Assembly (NCBI GenBank): GCA_963665115.1
Contig: OY762007.1
Coordinates: 7,264,001-7,328,000 of the forward strand
DNA: 64,000 nt
Reading direction: 5' to 3'
Source: an uncultured Rivularia sp.
GTDB lineage: Bacteria; Cyanobacteriota; Cyanobacteriia; Cyanobacteriales; Nostocaceae
Shown: positions 22,199-32,142 of the stretch, piece after piece
Position numbering within the stretch: the first letter of the stretch is position 1
How the letters are laid out: each line of letters begins with the position of its first letter
The notes under the pieces: generated by a model
Seen by the model: the letters and a program-made list of their open reading frames with translations, nothing else
Databases searched by the model: none
Told to the model about the DNA's origin: nothing
Position numbers and translations under genes: made by a program

Positions 22199-23098
22199 TC
22201 ACGAATACCGAATTTGCAGAATCAAACGATTACCATTTCTTGGTAATTTTAATCTATGGATACAAGAAGGATCTTGGAAAAATCCAAATCCAGCATTTCC
22301 TGTAATAGTAAGTTCTTCGGAGCGATTATAGTAATGCCACACATCTGCTTCTTTCTGAATGTTTGACCGAAAAAGCATTTGCAATGGTTTACGATTGTGC
22401 GATTTTTCGATCATAATGTGAGGACCAGTATTTTCGTCCACGTCGGTAATAAAGAAACTAACGGTGACGAAATTGAATCCAGCGACATCGTAATGAAAAT
22501 TGGTAGGTGGATACAGTTTCTGAATTTCACTTTCTTCTAAATCAGAAGCAAAACTCCAAGTTAGGTGACGAGTAATTAAAGTTGGATAATAACCGAGACA
22601 TTTTCGAGCGATTTCAATTAACGTTGCATCGCGGACAATTTTATCCACGCTGGGACATCGATCGGTATTGCTAACTAGCCCGCGCATTACCTGTCTACCT
22701 GTGCCATTTAAGCGTCCGCTTTTGATATCCGAAGCCAAGAAAGAGTCATCATACTTGGGTTCGGTGCAGAGATTCAAATCGGCGAAAGAACGAATTTTTT
22801 CTACATCTTCAGCATTCAGTTGTAATCCTAGATGTACCCCTGTTTCCCGAACATTATCTACACATCGATTGACTTGAACGGGGGAAACGACTGAGAGGTT
22901 GCTGATGTTTAATCGCTCTTGATAGAACTTAGAATTAAAGTGCTGTACCTGACTTTGGAAAAAGCTGTATCCACGGCGAATAATTTTAAATCTTCCTAGA
23001 GACTGCCAGCGCTTGCTGCTACTGATTCTTTTAGTAAAATCATTATTTTCATCAAGTTTATTTTTTTGCGGTGTTAATTGAATTAACGTACCAGTCAT
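22199..23098 (-). CDS. Putative 2-oxoglutarate/Fe(II) dioxygenase (PhyH-like)
   Basis: FHYD (HxD), ITDVDENTGPH, distal H in CIHR and R in RLILQ. Confidence 0.7.
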   Translation of the reverse strand: MTGTLIQLTPQKNKLDENNDFTKRISSSKRWQSLGRFKIIRRGYSFFQSQVQHFNSKFYQERLNISNLSVVSPVQVNRCVDNVRETGVHLGLQLNAEDVEKIRSFADLNLCTEPKYDDSFLASDIKSGRLNGTGRQVMRGLVSNTDRCPSVDKIVRDATLIEIARKCLGYYPTLITRHLTWSFASDLEESEIQKLYPPTNFHYDVAGFNFVTVSFFITDVDENTGPHIMIEKSHNRKPLQMLFRSNIQKEADVWHYYNRSEELTITGNAGFGFFQDPSCIHRLKLPRNGNRLILQIRYS

Positions 23099-23475
23099 AA
23101 ATTATTTTTTCTCAAAAAAGTAAGTTTTTAACAGCATGATTTATGCGGTTATTCAAACAGCATCACGAGCAAATGTTAGTAAAAACCCGCAATCATTAAT
23201 GTTGTATGAGTAATTTCTACAGTGCCATATTTACAACAAATTAGACAACTGTTGAATATGCCTATTTATTTTGTGAAATTTCATTAAAACTGAATACAGT
23301 TTGTTATTATTTTTATATAGTTATGAAATCCATGAAGTTGCATTTATGATATTTTAATTGAAAAACAATCATAAAAGTCTTATTGCTTTCCGGATTAATA
23401 ATAATTTGATAATCGGATAAAAAAATATAAATATTAACGTTTAAATTCAAAATAATTTGATGAATATTAAGTAAG

Positions 23476-23604
23476 TAAGTAGGAGAACAAAAATATTTAC
23501 CGTCATTACGAGCGAAGCGAAGTAATCCCAGCCCATGCGGTTGCTTCGTTTCACTCCGTTCCACTCGCAATGACAATGTGTAATTAATTTTGTCTAATTA
23601 CTTA
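23476..23604. mobile_element. MITE-like element (TAAGTAGG...TACTTA) with GTCATT..CGAAG..CTCGCAATGAC palindromic core
   Basis: Same termini type and 34-nt core as 9710-9858. Confidence 0.65.
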
Positions 23605-23719
23605 TAATTCTATAGAGGAAATATTTATTGTAATAATTTGAAGAATTAAGCAACTCGATTCAAAAACCGGGTTCCTTACTTAATTTCCAGCAGATAATTG
23701 TTTAATAAACGTTTTACCT

Positions 23720-23995
23720 ATGGAACTTATCGTTATTCCAGCAATAATTTTATTTGTAAGTCCACTACTACTATTAAGATGGTCGTGGAAAGCACTTCTA
23801 GCATATGTTTTAATAATTGGATGTCCTCTAACTTGGCTTTGGATTAATCATTTTTATGTCACATCACAGCCAGATTATGTTGATTCAGCACCGGGAGCAG
23901 GTGTTGGTTTGGTATTTGCTCAATTTTATACATTCGTTTTCGTATTTGGAATCGTTCTAAGTATTTTGTTAGTGGCCTTATATAAAAGAAATTAA
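23720..23995 (+). CDS. Hypothetical small membrane protein (3 TM)
   Basis: 91-aa hydrophobic ORF with ATG start. Confidence 0.6.
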   Translation: MELIVIPAIILFVSPLLLLRWSWKALLAYVLIIGCPLTWLWINHFYVTSQPDYVDSAPGAGVGLVFAQFYTFVFVFGIVLSILLVALYKRN

Positions 23996-24055
23996 ATTGT
24001 GTAGATAATAATTTAATTACGAAAAGAGACGCGATATATCGCGTCTCTACAATTA

Positions 24056-24946
24056 TTAGAATCCTAATTTTTCTAAAACTGGCTTGGTAGAAACAATATG
24101 TCTTTGTAAACCAAGTTCTTCTGGACTAACCCCCAACGCTAAGGCGATTAATTGCGGTAAATGCAATACTGGTAAACCTAATTTACGTCCGATAACTTTT
24201 TCTACCTCTGGCTGACGAGAATCTAAATTGAGGTGACACAACGGACAAGGTGTAACCATACAATCCGCACCAGCTTCTATGGCTTCAGATATATGTTTAC
24301 CCGCCATTTGAAAAGATTGGGTAGTGGCATAGCTAGAAAGAGGCCATCCGCAACATTTAGTACGCCCTTGATAATGGATCGGTGTTGCACCCACCGTGCG
24401 GAACATATTTTCCATTGCCTTTGGGTTAAAAGGATCGTCGTCAGGCATATTTTGAGCGCGTAGTAAATAGCAACCATAAAAAGCTGCACATTTAAGATTA
24501 GTTAATTTTTTTGTGACTCGTTTTTTTATTTCTTCTAAACCATAATCGCTGACTAAAGCATAAAGAAGATGCTTTACTTGAGTACTTCCGCGATAGGGCG
24601 AACAGCTTTCTTTTTGCAACAAACGGTTAACTTTATTTAAGTAATCGGGATTGTTTTGCCCGCAAGCTTTTAGACGTTCGTCTACATGACCGATAACACC
24701 TTGGCAAGTACTACAATGAGTAAGTAAAGGCAGATTCAATTCCTCTGCTAAAGAAATATTTCTAGCATTGACTGTATCTTCTAATAGTTGTGAATCTTCC
24801 TTAAAAGTACCTGAGCCACAACAAGCTGCTTTTTTGAGTTCAATTAGTTCAATGTTTAAAGCTTTGGAAAGGGCTACGGTAGAAGAATGTAGCTCTTGGC
24901 AAGCTCCTTGAGCAACACAACCTGGAAAATAAGCGTATTTAAGCAT
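24056..24946 (-). CDS. hdrB: Heterodisulfide reductase subunit B-like CCG-domain protein (cyanobacterial succinate dehydrogenase anchor type)
   Basis: YFPGC, CCG, HCSTC, FYGCY and TPCPLCHLNLD motifs; ATG at 24946 preferred. Confidence 0.88.
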   Translation of the reverse strand: MLKYAYFPGCVAQGACQELHSSTVALSKALNIELIELKKAACCGSGTFKEDSQLLEDTVNARNISLAEELNLPLLTHCSTCQGVIGHVDERLKACGQNNPDYLNKVNRLLQKESCSPYRGSTQVKHLLYALVSDYGLEEIKKRVTKKLTNLKCAAFYGCYLLRAQNMPDDDPFNPKAMENMFRTVGATPIHYQGRTKCCGWPLSSYATTQSFQMAGKHISEAIEAGADCMVTPCPLCHLNLDSRQPEVEKVIGRKLGLPVLHLPQLIALALGVSPEELGLQRHIVSTKPVLEKLGF

Positions 24947-25223
24947 TTGGAATAGAATACAATTTGATTTATTGGAACAGCGCAAAGTTTGGCAGAGAAG
25001 ATTTTCTTTACTCAAACTTTCTAATACAGGACGGAACTATAAGCGACTTTGAGCGGTATATACCAACCATTAGTAACATTCAAAGAAAAAAAAACATAAA
25101 AATTCCTGTTATGGAAACATATATATCGTGTATGAGAACGCGCTTTCCGATAAGATGTATATGCTCAAAACGGTGACATCCATAAAGAGCAAAAATAAGC
25201 AACCTTCAGAGGTATTTTGATCG

Positions 25224-25475
25224 ATGAGCCAAGCGGAAATTTTTGAGAAAGTCAAGAAAATCGTTGCCGAACAGTTAGGTGTTGAGGATGAGAAAATCAC
25301 TCCTAACGCTAATTTCGCCAACGATTTAGGGGCTGATTCTTTGGATACGGTGGAACTAGTAATGGCTTTGGAAGAAGAATTTGATATTGAAATTCCCGAT
25401 GAAGCCGCTGAAAAAATTACTACAGTTCAAGAGGCAGTTGACTACATCAACAGCAAGGTTGCCGCATCTGCCTAA
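25224..25475 (+). CDS. acpP: Acyl carrier protein
   Basis: [20 protein letters not shown]. Confidence 0.98.
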   Translation: MSQAEIFEKVKKIVAEQLGVEDEKITPNANFANDLGADSLDTVELVMALEEEFDIEIPDEAAEKITTVQEAVDYINSKVAASA

Positions 25476-25650
25476 CATAAGGAATAGATAAGAAATAATT
25501 GGGGATTGGGGAACGAGAACCGTTAAAAGTTAGGAGGAAATGTCTCGCTAACTATTACAATTTTCTTATCCCTAGTTCCTAATTTTCAATCACTAACGGT
25601 TCCTATGTGTTGAACTGCGGCAACAGCGTCGAGCCACCATAAATATCATC

Positions 25651-26904
25651 ATGACAGAATTTAAAGTAAAGCGCGTTGTTGTAACTGGTGTTGGCGCGAT
25701 TACACCGATTGGTAAAACACCAGAAGAATATTGGGAAGGATTAGCCAGCGGTCGAAATGGTATTGATAAAATCACTGCATTTGATGCTTCACACCATGAT
25801 TGCCGCATTGCTGGTGAGGTAAAAGATTTCGATCCACACGAGTATATGGATCGTAAAGAAGCTAAGCGGATGGATAGATTTGCTCAATTAGGAGTTTCGG
25901 CAGCAAAACAAGCTGTTAAGAACGCCAATTTAACCATCAACGATCTGAATGCAGAACAAGTTGGTGTCATACTTGGCTCCGGCGTGGGTGGCATTAAAGT
26001 GATGGAGGATCAGCAAACGATTTACCTCAACCGTGGTCCGGATCGCTGTAGTCCTTTTATGATACCCATGATGATTGCCAATATGGCCGCTGGGCTAACG
26101 GCAATTCATACTGGAGCTAAAGGACCCAATTCCTGCCCGGTAACTGCCTGTGCATCAGGTTCTAATGCCATTGGTGATGCTTTCCGCATTATTCAAGACG
26201 GATACGCTCAAGCGATGATTTGTGGCGGATGTGAAGCGGCGATTACACCTTTATCTATTGCTGGCTTTGCTGCTGCAAGAACGCTGTCCACCCGTAATGA
26301 TGACCCTAAGAGAGCCAGTCGTCCTTTTGATAAAGACCGCGATGGGTTTGTCATGGGTGAAGGTGCGGGCATTTTGATTCTAGAAGAACTCGAACACGCT
26401 TTAAGTCGCAAGGCCACAATTTACGCTGAAATGATTGGCTATGGCATGACTTGTGATGCATATCATATGACTTCACCAGTACCCGGTGGAAAAGGAGCCG
26501 CAAGAGCCATGCAGTTGGCACTTAAAGACGGCGGAATTACTCCTGACATGGTTACTTATATAAATGCTCACGGTACCAGCACCTCAGTAAATGACCCCAC
26601 CGAAACTGCTGCAATCAAAGAAGCTTTGGGAGAACACGCTTATAAAATAGCAATTAGTTCTACCAAATCCATGACTGGTCATCTATTGGGCGGTTCTGGA
26701 GGAATCGAAGGTGTAGCCACAGTGTTGGCGATCGCCAATAATCGAGTTCCACCGACAATTAATTTGGATAATCCAGACTCGGAATGCGACTTGGATTATG
26801 TAGCCAATCAAAGCCGCGCTTTAGATATTCAGGTTGCGCTATCCAATTCCTTTGGTTTTGGCGGCCACAATGTCACGCTAGCCTTTAAGAAGTACGTCTC
26901 ATAA
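25651..26904 (+). CDS. fabF: Beta-ketoacyl-ACP synthase II
   Basis: TACASG, NAHGTST, KSMTGHLLG and SNSFGFGGHN motifs. Confidence 0.97.
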   Translation: MTEFKVKRVVVTGVGAITPIGKTPEEYWEGLASGRNGIDKITAFDASHHDCRIAGEVKDFDPHEYMDRKEAKRMDRFAQLGVSAAKQAVKNANLTINDLNAEQVGVILGSGVGGIKVMEDQQTIYLNRGPDRCSPFMIPMMIANMAAGLTAIHTGAKGPNSCPVTACASGSNAIGDAFRIIQDGYAQAMICGGCEAAITPLSIAGFAAARTLSTRNDDPKRASRPFDKDRDGFVMGEGAGILILEELEHALSRKATIYAEMIGYGMTCDAYHMTSPVPGGKGAARAMQLALKDGGITPDMVTYINAHGTSTSVNDPTETAAIKEALGEHAYKIAISSTKSMTGHLLGGSGGIEGVATVLAIANNRVPPTINLDNPDSECDLDYVANQSRALDIQVALSNSFGFGGHNVTLAFKKYVS

Positions 26905-27344
26905 AGGAATTATCAAGTATGAAGCAATTCGTAAAAATTCAATCGCTCGTGCTTCATCTTTAACAATTACTTTTGGCGCTTTGTGCAGGGTGGCAATTTC
27001 TGTACAATGCAGGGGCAGGCTTTAAAACAAGTTAAGGTCGCGCTCTGTTGAGCGGTATCTCTTTATAATCAGCTTGCCCCTAGCATTTGAAGGTTTATTT
27101 TGTCCTGCCGATACACGAAGCTATTTGGAACTTGTTTAATAAAAACTAACAGGACTGGGGCAATTCTCTATACAATTAATCCCATGTCCCTTCATAAAAA
27201 ATCTTGCGATGGTACCTCTTGTCCGTCAACAGGCCGCAATGGGATGATGAAAAAATAGCTTACTTGGGATAAATCAAAATAACCCTCATAGAAGCTACAT
27301 AGAACTAATAACAGAACGCTAACATCGTTAAAAACAATCGTATT

Positions 27345-29360
27345 ATGACTGTTGCAACCCAAACCCAAACCCTCGAACAACTTTGCATCAACTCAATTCG
27401 CTTTTTAGCAGTTGATGCCGTAGAAAAAGCAAAATCCGGACACCCCGGACTTCCTATGGGCGCAGCGCCAATGGCGTTCGTACTGTGGGATAAATTTATG
27501 CGGTTTAACCCCAAAAACCCCAAATGGTTTAATCGCGATCGCTTTGTCTTATCTGCCGGACATGGCTCTATGTTGCAGTATGCTCTGCTTTATTTAGCAG
27601 GCTACGATAGCGTCAGCATAGAAGATATCAAAAATTTCCGTCAGTGGGAATCCAGCACTCCCGGACACCCCGAAAACTTCATGACATTAGGGGTAGAAAT
27701 TACTACCGGACCTTTGGGTCAGGGAATTGGTAATGCAGTAGGTATCGCAATGGCAGAAGCCCACCTGGCTGCAATGTACAACAAACCTGATGCTAAAGTT
27801 GTTGACCACTACACCTACTGTATTGTAGGTGACGGTTGCAACATGGAAGGCGTTGCGAGTGAAGCTTGCTCTTTTGCCGGACACCAAGGTTTAGGTAAAC
27901 TAATCACTTTTTACGACGACAACCACATTTCCATTGATGGTTCTACTGACATCGCATTTACCGAAGATGTTTCCAAGCGCTTTGAAGCTTACGGTTGGCA
28001 CGTTCTTCACGTCAAAGATGGTAACAATGATTTAGAAGCAATTGCCAAAGCGATCGAAGAAGCTAAATCTGTCACCGACAAGCCCACCATGATTAAGGTG
28101 ACAACCACCATCGGTTATGGTGCGCCCAACAAGCAAGATACAGCAGGTATTCACGGTGCTGCTCTTGGTGCTGATGAAGTTAAACTTACCCGCGAAAACT
28201 TAGGTTGGAACCACGAACCCTTTGAATTGCCAGAAGATGCTGTAAACCATATGCGTAAAGCTGTGGAACGCGGTGCTGGTTATGAAGAAGAATGGAACAA
28301 GACTTTTGCTAACTACAAATCTAAATATCCCAAAGAAGCGGCAGAATTTGACCGTTATTTAACGGGTAAGCTTCCCGATGGTTGGGACAAAGTACTGCCT
28401 ACATTTACCCCCGATGATAAAGGTTTAGCAACTCGTAAATATTCCGAAGCTTGCTTGAACAAATTAGCATCCGTTTTACCTGAATTAATCGGTGGATCGG
28501 CTGACTTAACCCACTCCAACCTGACCGAAATTAAAGAATCGGGCGATTTCGAGAAAGGTAATTACAAAAACCGTAACGTCCACTTCGGCGTGCGCGAACA
28601 CGGTATGGGCGCAATCTGTAACGGTATGGCGCTGCACGATTCGGGCTTAATTCCTTATGGTGCAACCTTCTTGATCTTTACCGACTATATGCGTGCTGCT
28701 ATCCGTTTATCAGCACTGTCTCATACTGGAACCCTCTGGGTAATGACTCACGACTCCATCGGACAAGGTGAAGATGGCCCTACTCACCAACCAATTGAAA
28801 CTTTAGCTTCATTGAGAGCCATTCCTAACTTAAACGTGATGCGTCCCGCTGATGGAAATGAAGTTTCTGGATGTTATAAGTTAGCTATCGAAAGAGCCAA
28901 GAAAAAAGACCCTACCTTATTAGCGTTCACCCGTCAAGGTGTACCCAACTTAAAAGGTAGTTCTATCGAAAAAGTAGCTAAAGGCGCTTATATCCTAGTA
29001 GATTGCGACGGAACACCAGATTTAATTTTGATGGGTACTGGTTCCGAAGTACAGCTTTGTGTAGGTGCTGCCGAAAAACTTTCCGGTGAAGGTAAGAAAG
29101 TCCGCGTAGTTTCCATGCCTTGTTGGGAAATATTTGAAGAGCAAGATGATTCTTACAAAGAATCTGTACTACCTAAAGCTGTCACCAAGCGCGTATCAGT
29201 AGAAGCTGCTGCAAGCTTTGGCTGGCATAAGTACATTGGTACTGAAGGTGCGGCTGTAAGTATCGATAGATTCGGTGCTTCCGCTCCTGGTGCCATTGTT
29301 ATGGAGAAATTCGGTTTCACCGTTGATAACGTTGTAGCAACTGCCAAGAAATTGGGTTAA
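27345..29360 (+). CDS. tkt: Transketolase
   Basis: [29 protein letters not shown] and [16 protein letters not shown] motifs. Confidence 0.98.
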   Translation: MTVATQTQTLEQLCINSIRFLAVDAVEKAKSGHPGLPMGAAPMAFVLWDKFMRFNPKNPKWFNRDRFVLSAGHGSMLQYALLYLAGYDSVSIEDIKNFRQWESSTPGHPENFMTLGVEITTGPLGQGIGNAVGIAMAEAHLAAMYNKPDAKVVDHYTYCIVGDGCNMEGVASEACSFAGHQGLGKLITFYDDNHISIDGSTDIAFTEDVSKRFEAYGWHVLHVKDGNNDLEAIAKAIEEAKSVTDKPTMIKVTTTIGYGAPNKQDTAGIHGAALGADEVKLTRENLGWNHEPFELPEDAVNHMRKAVERGAGYEEEWNKTFANYKSKYPKEAAEFDRYLTGKLPDGWDKVLPTFTPDDKGLATRKYSEACLNKLASVLPELIGGSADLTHSNLTEIKESGDFEKGNYKNRNVHFGVREHGMGAICNGMALHDSGLIPYGATFLIFTDYMRAAIRLSALSHTGTLWVMTHDSIGQGEDGPTHQPIETLASLRAIPNLNVMRPADGNEVSGCYKLAIERAKKKDPTLLAFTRQGVPNLKGSSIEKVAKGAYILVDCDGTPDLILMGTGSEVQLCVGAAEKLSGEGKKVRVVSMPCWEIFEEQDDSYKESVLPKAVTKRVSVEAAASFGWHKYIGTEGAAVSIDRFGASAPGAIVMEKFGFTVDNVVATAKKLG

Positions 29361-29399
29361 TTAGTTGAATAATTGAATATTTGATTAATCGTTTTTGAG

Positions 29400-29424
29400 G
29401 TGGGCTATTTTGCCCACTTTTTTT
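29400..29424 (+). terminator. Intrinsic terminator after tkt
   Basis: GTGGGC-loop-GCCCAC followed by T7. Confidence 0.7.
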
Positions 29425-30553
29425 ATGTTTTTACAGTCATCTGGGATTGTTTATATTTATTTTTGATAAACTTAAGTGCTGGCTGTTCGATGAAAAATGT
29501 CATACCAGCTGCTATTGTAAGTGATAATATTGTCGCAATTAGAATACTAATATAAGGATGAATGTTATAGGTATACAGCATTCTAATTATGGCGTAACCG
29601 AAATTTTGGTGAATTAAATATAAGCTGTAAGAGATAGTTCCTAAAAATATTAGAGGTTTGAAATTAATCCATTTAAAATACCCTTGTATTGAGAGGACAA
29701 TCAATAAAGTAAATCCAGCGACAAATATTGTTGTCTCCCAAGATTGCTCGTGAGAATATGCGAATCTTTGTGCTAGTATGCAGACAAAAATTACAGCCCA
29801 TCTATAACGAGTAAATCCTTGCTTATACTGCTTGTATAGCATTATTCCTAATATAAACAAATGAGCAAACTTGAGGATTAAAATATTTCTTAAAATATTT
29901 CTTAAACTATTAGCTAGATTGTCAACAAAACCAGCTTGATTAATTAAAATAAAGTTATTTTGCAAAGAGTTGCGATCGAAGTCAATTGCATCTGCGAACC
30001 ATCCCCATCTAGCTGCATAAGTTTTGATACAAAAAAATAACGCAACAACTAACCATCCAGTTATGATTGGTTCAATATACTTTAAGAGCTTATTTTTAAA
30101 CAGCAAGAGCATAAGAATATAAAAACATAATTCTATATATAAAGTCCAGTAAACACCGTCTACATTAGGCACATTAAAAAAACCCTGGAACATCGTAAAA
30201 TTTATTAAAATGCTGGGAAAAGAAATTTGTTTTTCGGGAAGTTGACTCAAAGTAACAACGATAGAACTAAAAATAACCCCCATCCAATAATTAGGATAAA
30301 GACGGGCAAATCTTCCTACGATAAAATCCAAACTTGATTTTATCCTTTCCATAGACATCAGAATTACAAAGCCACTAGTTATAAAGAAAAATTCAACTCC
30401 GTGTCTTCCATAAGAAAAATAAAAATTTAATTCAGATGAATGGTTGTAAAGGCTATTATACTGACTTGTATAATGGAAAATAACAACTCCTAATGCAGCC
30501 AGCCCTCTAAGTACATCTAGCTCAAATAAACGTCTTGACTGTTTTTTAATCAT
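29423..30553 (-). CDS. Acyltransferase-3 (OafA-like) membrane O-acyltransferase
   Basis: LDVLRGLAALGVVIFH, FFITSGF, RFARLYP, WTLYIE and ISYSLYLIH motifs. Confidence 0.9.
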   Translation of the reverse strand: MIKKQSRRLFELDVLRGLAALGVVIFHYTSQYNSLYNHSSELNFYFSYGRHGVEFFFITSGFVILMSMERIKSSLDFIVGRFARLYPNYWMGVIFSSIVVTLSQLPEKQISFPSILINFTMFQGFFNVPNVDGVYWTLYIELCFYILMLLLFKNKLLKYIEPIITGWLVVALFFCIKTYAARWGWFADAIDFDRNSLQNNFILINQAGFVDNLANSLRNILRNILILKFAHLFILGIMLYKQYKQGFTRYRWAVIFVCILAQRFAYSHEQSWETTIFVAGFTLLIVLSIQGYFKWINFKPLIFLGTISYSLYLIHQNFGYAIIRMLYTYNIHPYISILIATILSLTIAAGMTFFIEQPALKFIKNKYKQSQMTVKT

Positions 30554-30756
30554 TTAAGCAGCAACGGCTTAGGTGGTTTTAAATAATACAATATCACCAA
30601 TTTTGCTTAGAATTATTGATATTTTCAAGGGTGAAAATACTGGGAATGTTACAAAAATAAATAAAAACTTGTTTGTTATTTTTAAACTATATTTTGTACA
30701 GTTGGTTGATAAGCGTATTATATAATCAGTTAAAAACTGGAAGAATTAACGTCACA

Positions 30757-30876
30757 GATAATTTAAGTAATATCACAGTTTTTCGATTAGGAGAAACACA
30801 GGTTCATGTGTATTTAGTTGGGCAGACAAAGAATGGTAATTGGATTATTATTCATACGATTTCTATTGAAACATAA
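30757..30876 (+). pseudogene. nuiA: C-terminal remnant of nuclease A inhibitor (NuiA family)
   Basis: DNLSNITVFRLGETQVHVYLVGQTKNGNWIIIHTISIET* follows the NuiA C-terminal pattern; N-terminal part absent. Confidence 0.6.
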
Positions 30877-31070
30877 GATATTGTTTAATTTATTTTTAGT
30901 TATATAAACAATAAAATGTTGGGTTACGGCGCATATCAAATTTTTGTTAATTATCAAAATTATTAGTGCGCCGTGAAGCTAACCTACAAATCTAAATAAA
31001 TTATCAATACAAATAAAAACGCAAAAAGACGTTGCATTGCAACGTCTCTACACTATTAAATTAATTTTAA

Positions 31071-31907
31071 TTATTCATTAACTGGCATGACAACTTTCTT
31101 TGCTAATCCCAAATTTTGCAAGACTTTAATTGCCCACCAAGTCATATCTATTTCATACCAACGCAATCCAGCTTTCGCGACATTTGGATGAGCGTGATGA
31201 TTATTGTGCCAGCCTTCACCGTAAGTTAAGATAGCTGCCCACCAAAGATTGCGGGAATTATCTTCTGAGTCAAAAGTGCGATAACCTCTAATATGACTTG
31301 CAGAATTAATCAACCAAGTGGAATGCCAAAGTAGTACTGCTCTAAGAAATACACCGTAGATTACAAAAGACCATCCACCCAAAACATACAGCAAAACGCC
31401 TACGGGAATTTGTAGTAATAAGAAGTAGCGATTTAACCAATTATAAAATGGTTGGCGGACTAAATCGGGAGCATATTTTTTGTACATTTCATAGTCAAAA
31501 AATTCTTTGCGGGGATAGAAAATCCACAGCATATGACTCCACCAAAAACCGCGCTTTGCAGAATAAGGATCTTTAACTTCATCCTCTGTATGAGCATGGT
31601 GTAATCTATGCCCAGCTACCCAAAATATTGGTCCTCCCTGCATAGCCATAGCTCCTAAAATGGCAATGGTATATTCCAACCATTTCGGTACTTGTAAACT
31701 ACGGTGACTCAAAATTCGGTGATAACCCAAACAAATACCAATACTGCCAAATAGCCAATGTAAAAATATCATTACTCCCAAAGCTGACCAAGAAAAAAAC
31801 CAGGGAGCCAATAAAGCTAAAACATGAATCGCGCCGAAAAATGCCACGTTAGTCCAACTCAGAGCAAGCTTTTCCTTACCCTCAGCAACAGCAGAGTGTG
31901 TAGTCAT
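31071..31907 (-). CDS. desC: Delta-9 acyl-lipid desaturase (DesC/DesC2 type)
   Basis: His boxes HRILSH, HRLHH, GEGWHNNHH. Confidence 0.92.
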   Translation of the reverse strand: MTTHSAVAEGKEKLALSWTNVAFFGAIHVLALLAPWFFSWSALGVMIFLHWLFGSIGICLGYHRILSHRSLQVPKWLEYTIAILGAMAMQGGPIFWVAGHRLHHAHTEDEVKDPYSAKRGFWWSHMLWIFYPRKEFFDYEMYKKYAPDLVRQPFYNWLNRYFLLLQIPVGVLLYVLGGWSFVIYGVFLRAVLLWHSTWLINSASHIRGYRTFDSEDNSRNLWWAAILTYGEGWHNNHHAHPNVAKAGLRWYEIDMTWWAIKVLQNLGLAKKVVMPVNE

Positions 31908-32023
31908 AATTATTTCCTTAGACGGTGAGTATTTTTAATAAAACTAATTAGATGTATTTCCCACGACACCCAGATTTAAACTAAAGGCGGGCAAGAAATA
32001 CTGCGCTTAGGTAGATTAGAATA

Positions 32024-32086
32024 TGCAAGTGCTGCTTACATTTATAAGTTAACAAAGATAAAATGAAAATGCAAGTAGTACTTGCA
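32024..32086. promoter_or_regulatory. Two 17-bp palindromes TGCAAGT-N3-RCTTRCA (putative TetR operators) between desC and tetR
   Basis: 32024-32040 TGCAAGTGCTGCTTACA; 32070-32086 TGCAAGTAGTACTTGCA (perfect 8-bp arms). Confidence 0.7.
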
Positions 32087-32142
32087 CGACCTTTTTAATT
32101 TCGTAGAAACCCGGTTTCTTAACCTTTAACCTTTAACCTTTA

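Noticed and set aside
23313..23576. 87-aa ORF
   Set aside because: Starts inside the MITE palindromic core and runs into AT-rich spacer
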